A DNA stretch of 63,918 bases, counting the filler, from Octopus bimaculoides (lineage: Eukaryota), in assembly GCF_001194135.2 (NCBI RefSeq). It is 5 parts of 5 records of this genome, joined end to end, with 100 filler letters (N's around TTAATTAATTAA, not from the genome) between each part and the next. Parts side by side here need not be neighbours in the genome. Positions count along the whole stretch, not along the records: positions 61,271 to 63,918 come from NC_068985.1; 4 more parts are not named here. The stretch is one strand, 5' to 3'. Under the pieces are notes generated by a model. The model worked only from the letters and a program-made list of their open reading frames with translations. It was not told where the DNA came from and did not search any database. How positions within the stretch are numbered: position 1 is the first letter of the stretch; each line of letters opens with the position of its first letter. Shown here piece after piece: positions 62,492-63,918 of this stretch. A program made the translations under genes and the position numbers.

Positions 62492-62873
62492 GTTGTTGGC
62501 ACTCCGTCGCTTACGACGTCGAGGGTTCCAGTTGATCCGATCAACGGAACAGCCTGCTCGTGAAATTAACGTGCAAGTGGCTGAGCACTCCACAGACACG
62601 TATACGCTTAACGTAGTTCTCGGGGATATTCAGCGTGACACAGTGTGACAAGGCTGACCCTTTGAACTACAGGCACAACAGAAACAGGAAGTAAGAGTGA
62701 GAGAAAGTTGTGGTGAAAGACTACAGCAGGGTTCGCCACCATCCCCTGCTGGAGCCTCATGGAACTTTAGGTGTTTTCGCTCAATAAACACTCACAACAC
62801 CCGGCCTGGGAATCGAAACCGCGATCCTATGACCGCGAGTCCGCTGCCCTAACCACTGGGCCATTGCGCCTCC
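62492..62873 (-). mobile_element. SINE family R, full length with a 14-bp TSD
   Basis: TSD ACCCTTATATACTT at 62478-62491 and 62874-62887. Confidence 0.93.
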
Positions 62874-63419
62874 ACCCTTATATACTTAACACTATAAAAA
62901 TAGGAAATAAATAATAAACCTAACAAGTTTAGGGGATATTTACATTTTATATATTATTGAATAGCGTTATGCAGAACATGATACAGACTGAGTTAAATTT
63001 AAAGCTTAAGCCTAAGCTTAATTGATGATGCTTATTTTAACGGCGAATTTTATCTCAACAGGATTTTAAATCTGAATGCAGGAAGGAAACTAGATGCAAT
63101 GGAACGCTTAATTTCTCGTTCATGAATCTAACTACCGGGGAAAACTATCACACAACAGGTTAACAATACAATATTGCATGTGCTTTTGATTAAATTTCAC
63201 CAGAATGGCACTTTGCCTTCTAAAAGTTCCACTTAGGTTCCAGCTGTTTGGCCATTCTGAATTTATAAATTAGATACCAGGTATGTAGGGAGTTTAATTT
63301 CACCGACTACCCATATATGTCCATCCACATGAAATTCGTGGCATTGCGTCATTGTTTTAAAAAAGTCACCATAAAGCCTTTATTATTTTATTATATTTAT
63401 TATTATTTATAATTATGTT

Positions 63420-63640
63420 AAGACAGTGAGCTGGCAGAATCGTTAGCACGCCGCGCAAAATGCTTAGCGGCATTTCGTCCGTACTTACATTCTGAGTTCA
63501 AATTCCACCTAAGTCAAACTTTGCCTTTCATCCTTTCGGGATTGATGAAATAAGTACCAGTTACGCACTGAGGTCGATGAAATCGACTAGCCCTCTCCTC
63601 TAAAGTTCAAAGCCTTGTTCTTAGAGTAGAAAGAAAAAGC
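63420..63640 (+). mobile_element. SINE family D
   Basis: Matches family D. Confidence 0.88.
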
Positions 63641-63918
63641 TTATTTATCATTTTTTTACATCTTTATATTCTTTTACATGTTTATTGGTTTCAGTCATTC
63701 GACTGTGGTCACAACTAACGGGACACAGGCTTTAAGGATAGAATTAATGTTTTAAACGGTTTAGTCAAAGTCTCTGATACTAGTTGGGAAAGGGATAAAG
63801 AAACCAGAAATTCTGATTGTGCATTAAGAAGCAGCACGTTTATCCTCAGACCGGAGACCTTGCTCAAATACTTGCATCAGATTATACTCTGCCAAAAAAA
63901 AAAAAAAAAAAAAAAAAA

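Noticed and set aside
63893-63918. Terminal poly(A), together with ATG at position 1, as a transcript or retrocopy
   Set aside because: No upstream ORF or clear polyadenylation context; likely a homopolymer at the window or scaffold end.

Overview
Repeat-dense eukaryotic genomic scaffold with many N gaps and no confidently identifiable protein-coding gene. The SINE families, RTE LINE fragments and heavy microsatellite load point to an octopod cephalopod, probably Octopus (inference, not database-checked). Most entries in the supplied ORF track are microsatellite or N-gap artefacts. The window holds four recurrent tRNA-headed SINE families, decayed RTE LINEs, mariner/Tc1 remnants, non-autonomous Helitrons (one in head-to-tail tandem) and several fold-back palindromes. 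The most interesting signal is ten type-I hammerhead-ribozyme-like motifs in about five sequence families, with the loop-less or palindromic stem III known from Penelope-like elements. Four of them sit as outward-facing pairs on the arms of two adjacent palindromic elements (37491-38250 and 38377-38582), and one family has a non-canonical CUGUCGA core. A CpG-depleted block (about 36.9-51.6 kb), lying between two artificial assembly linkers, suggests a methylated gene body and contains weak candidate exons. All alignments and RNA folds were done by eye, so repeat boundaries are approximate.
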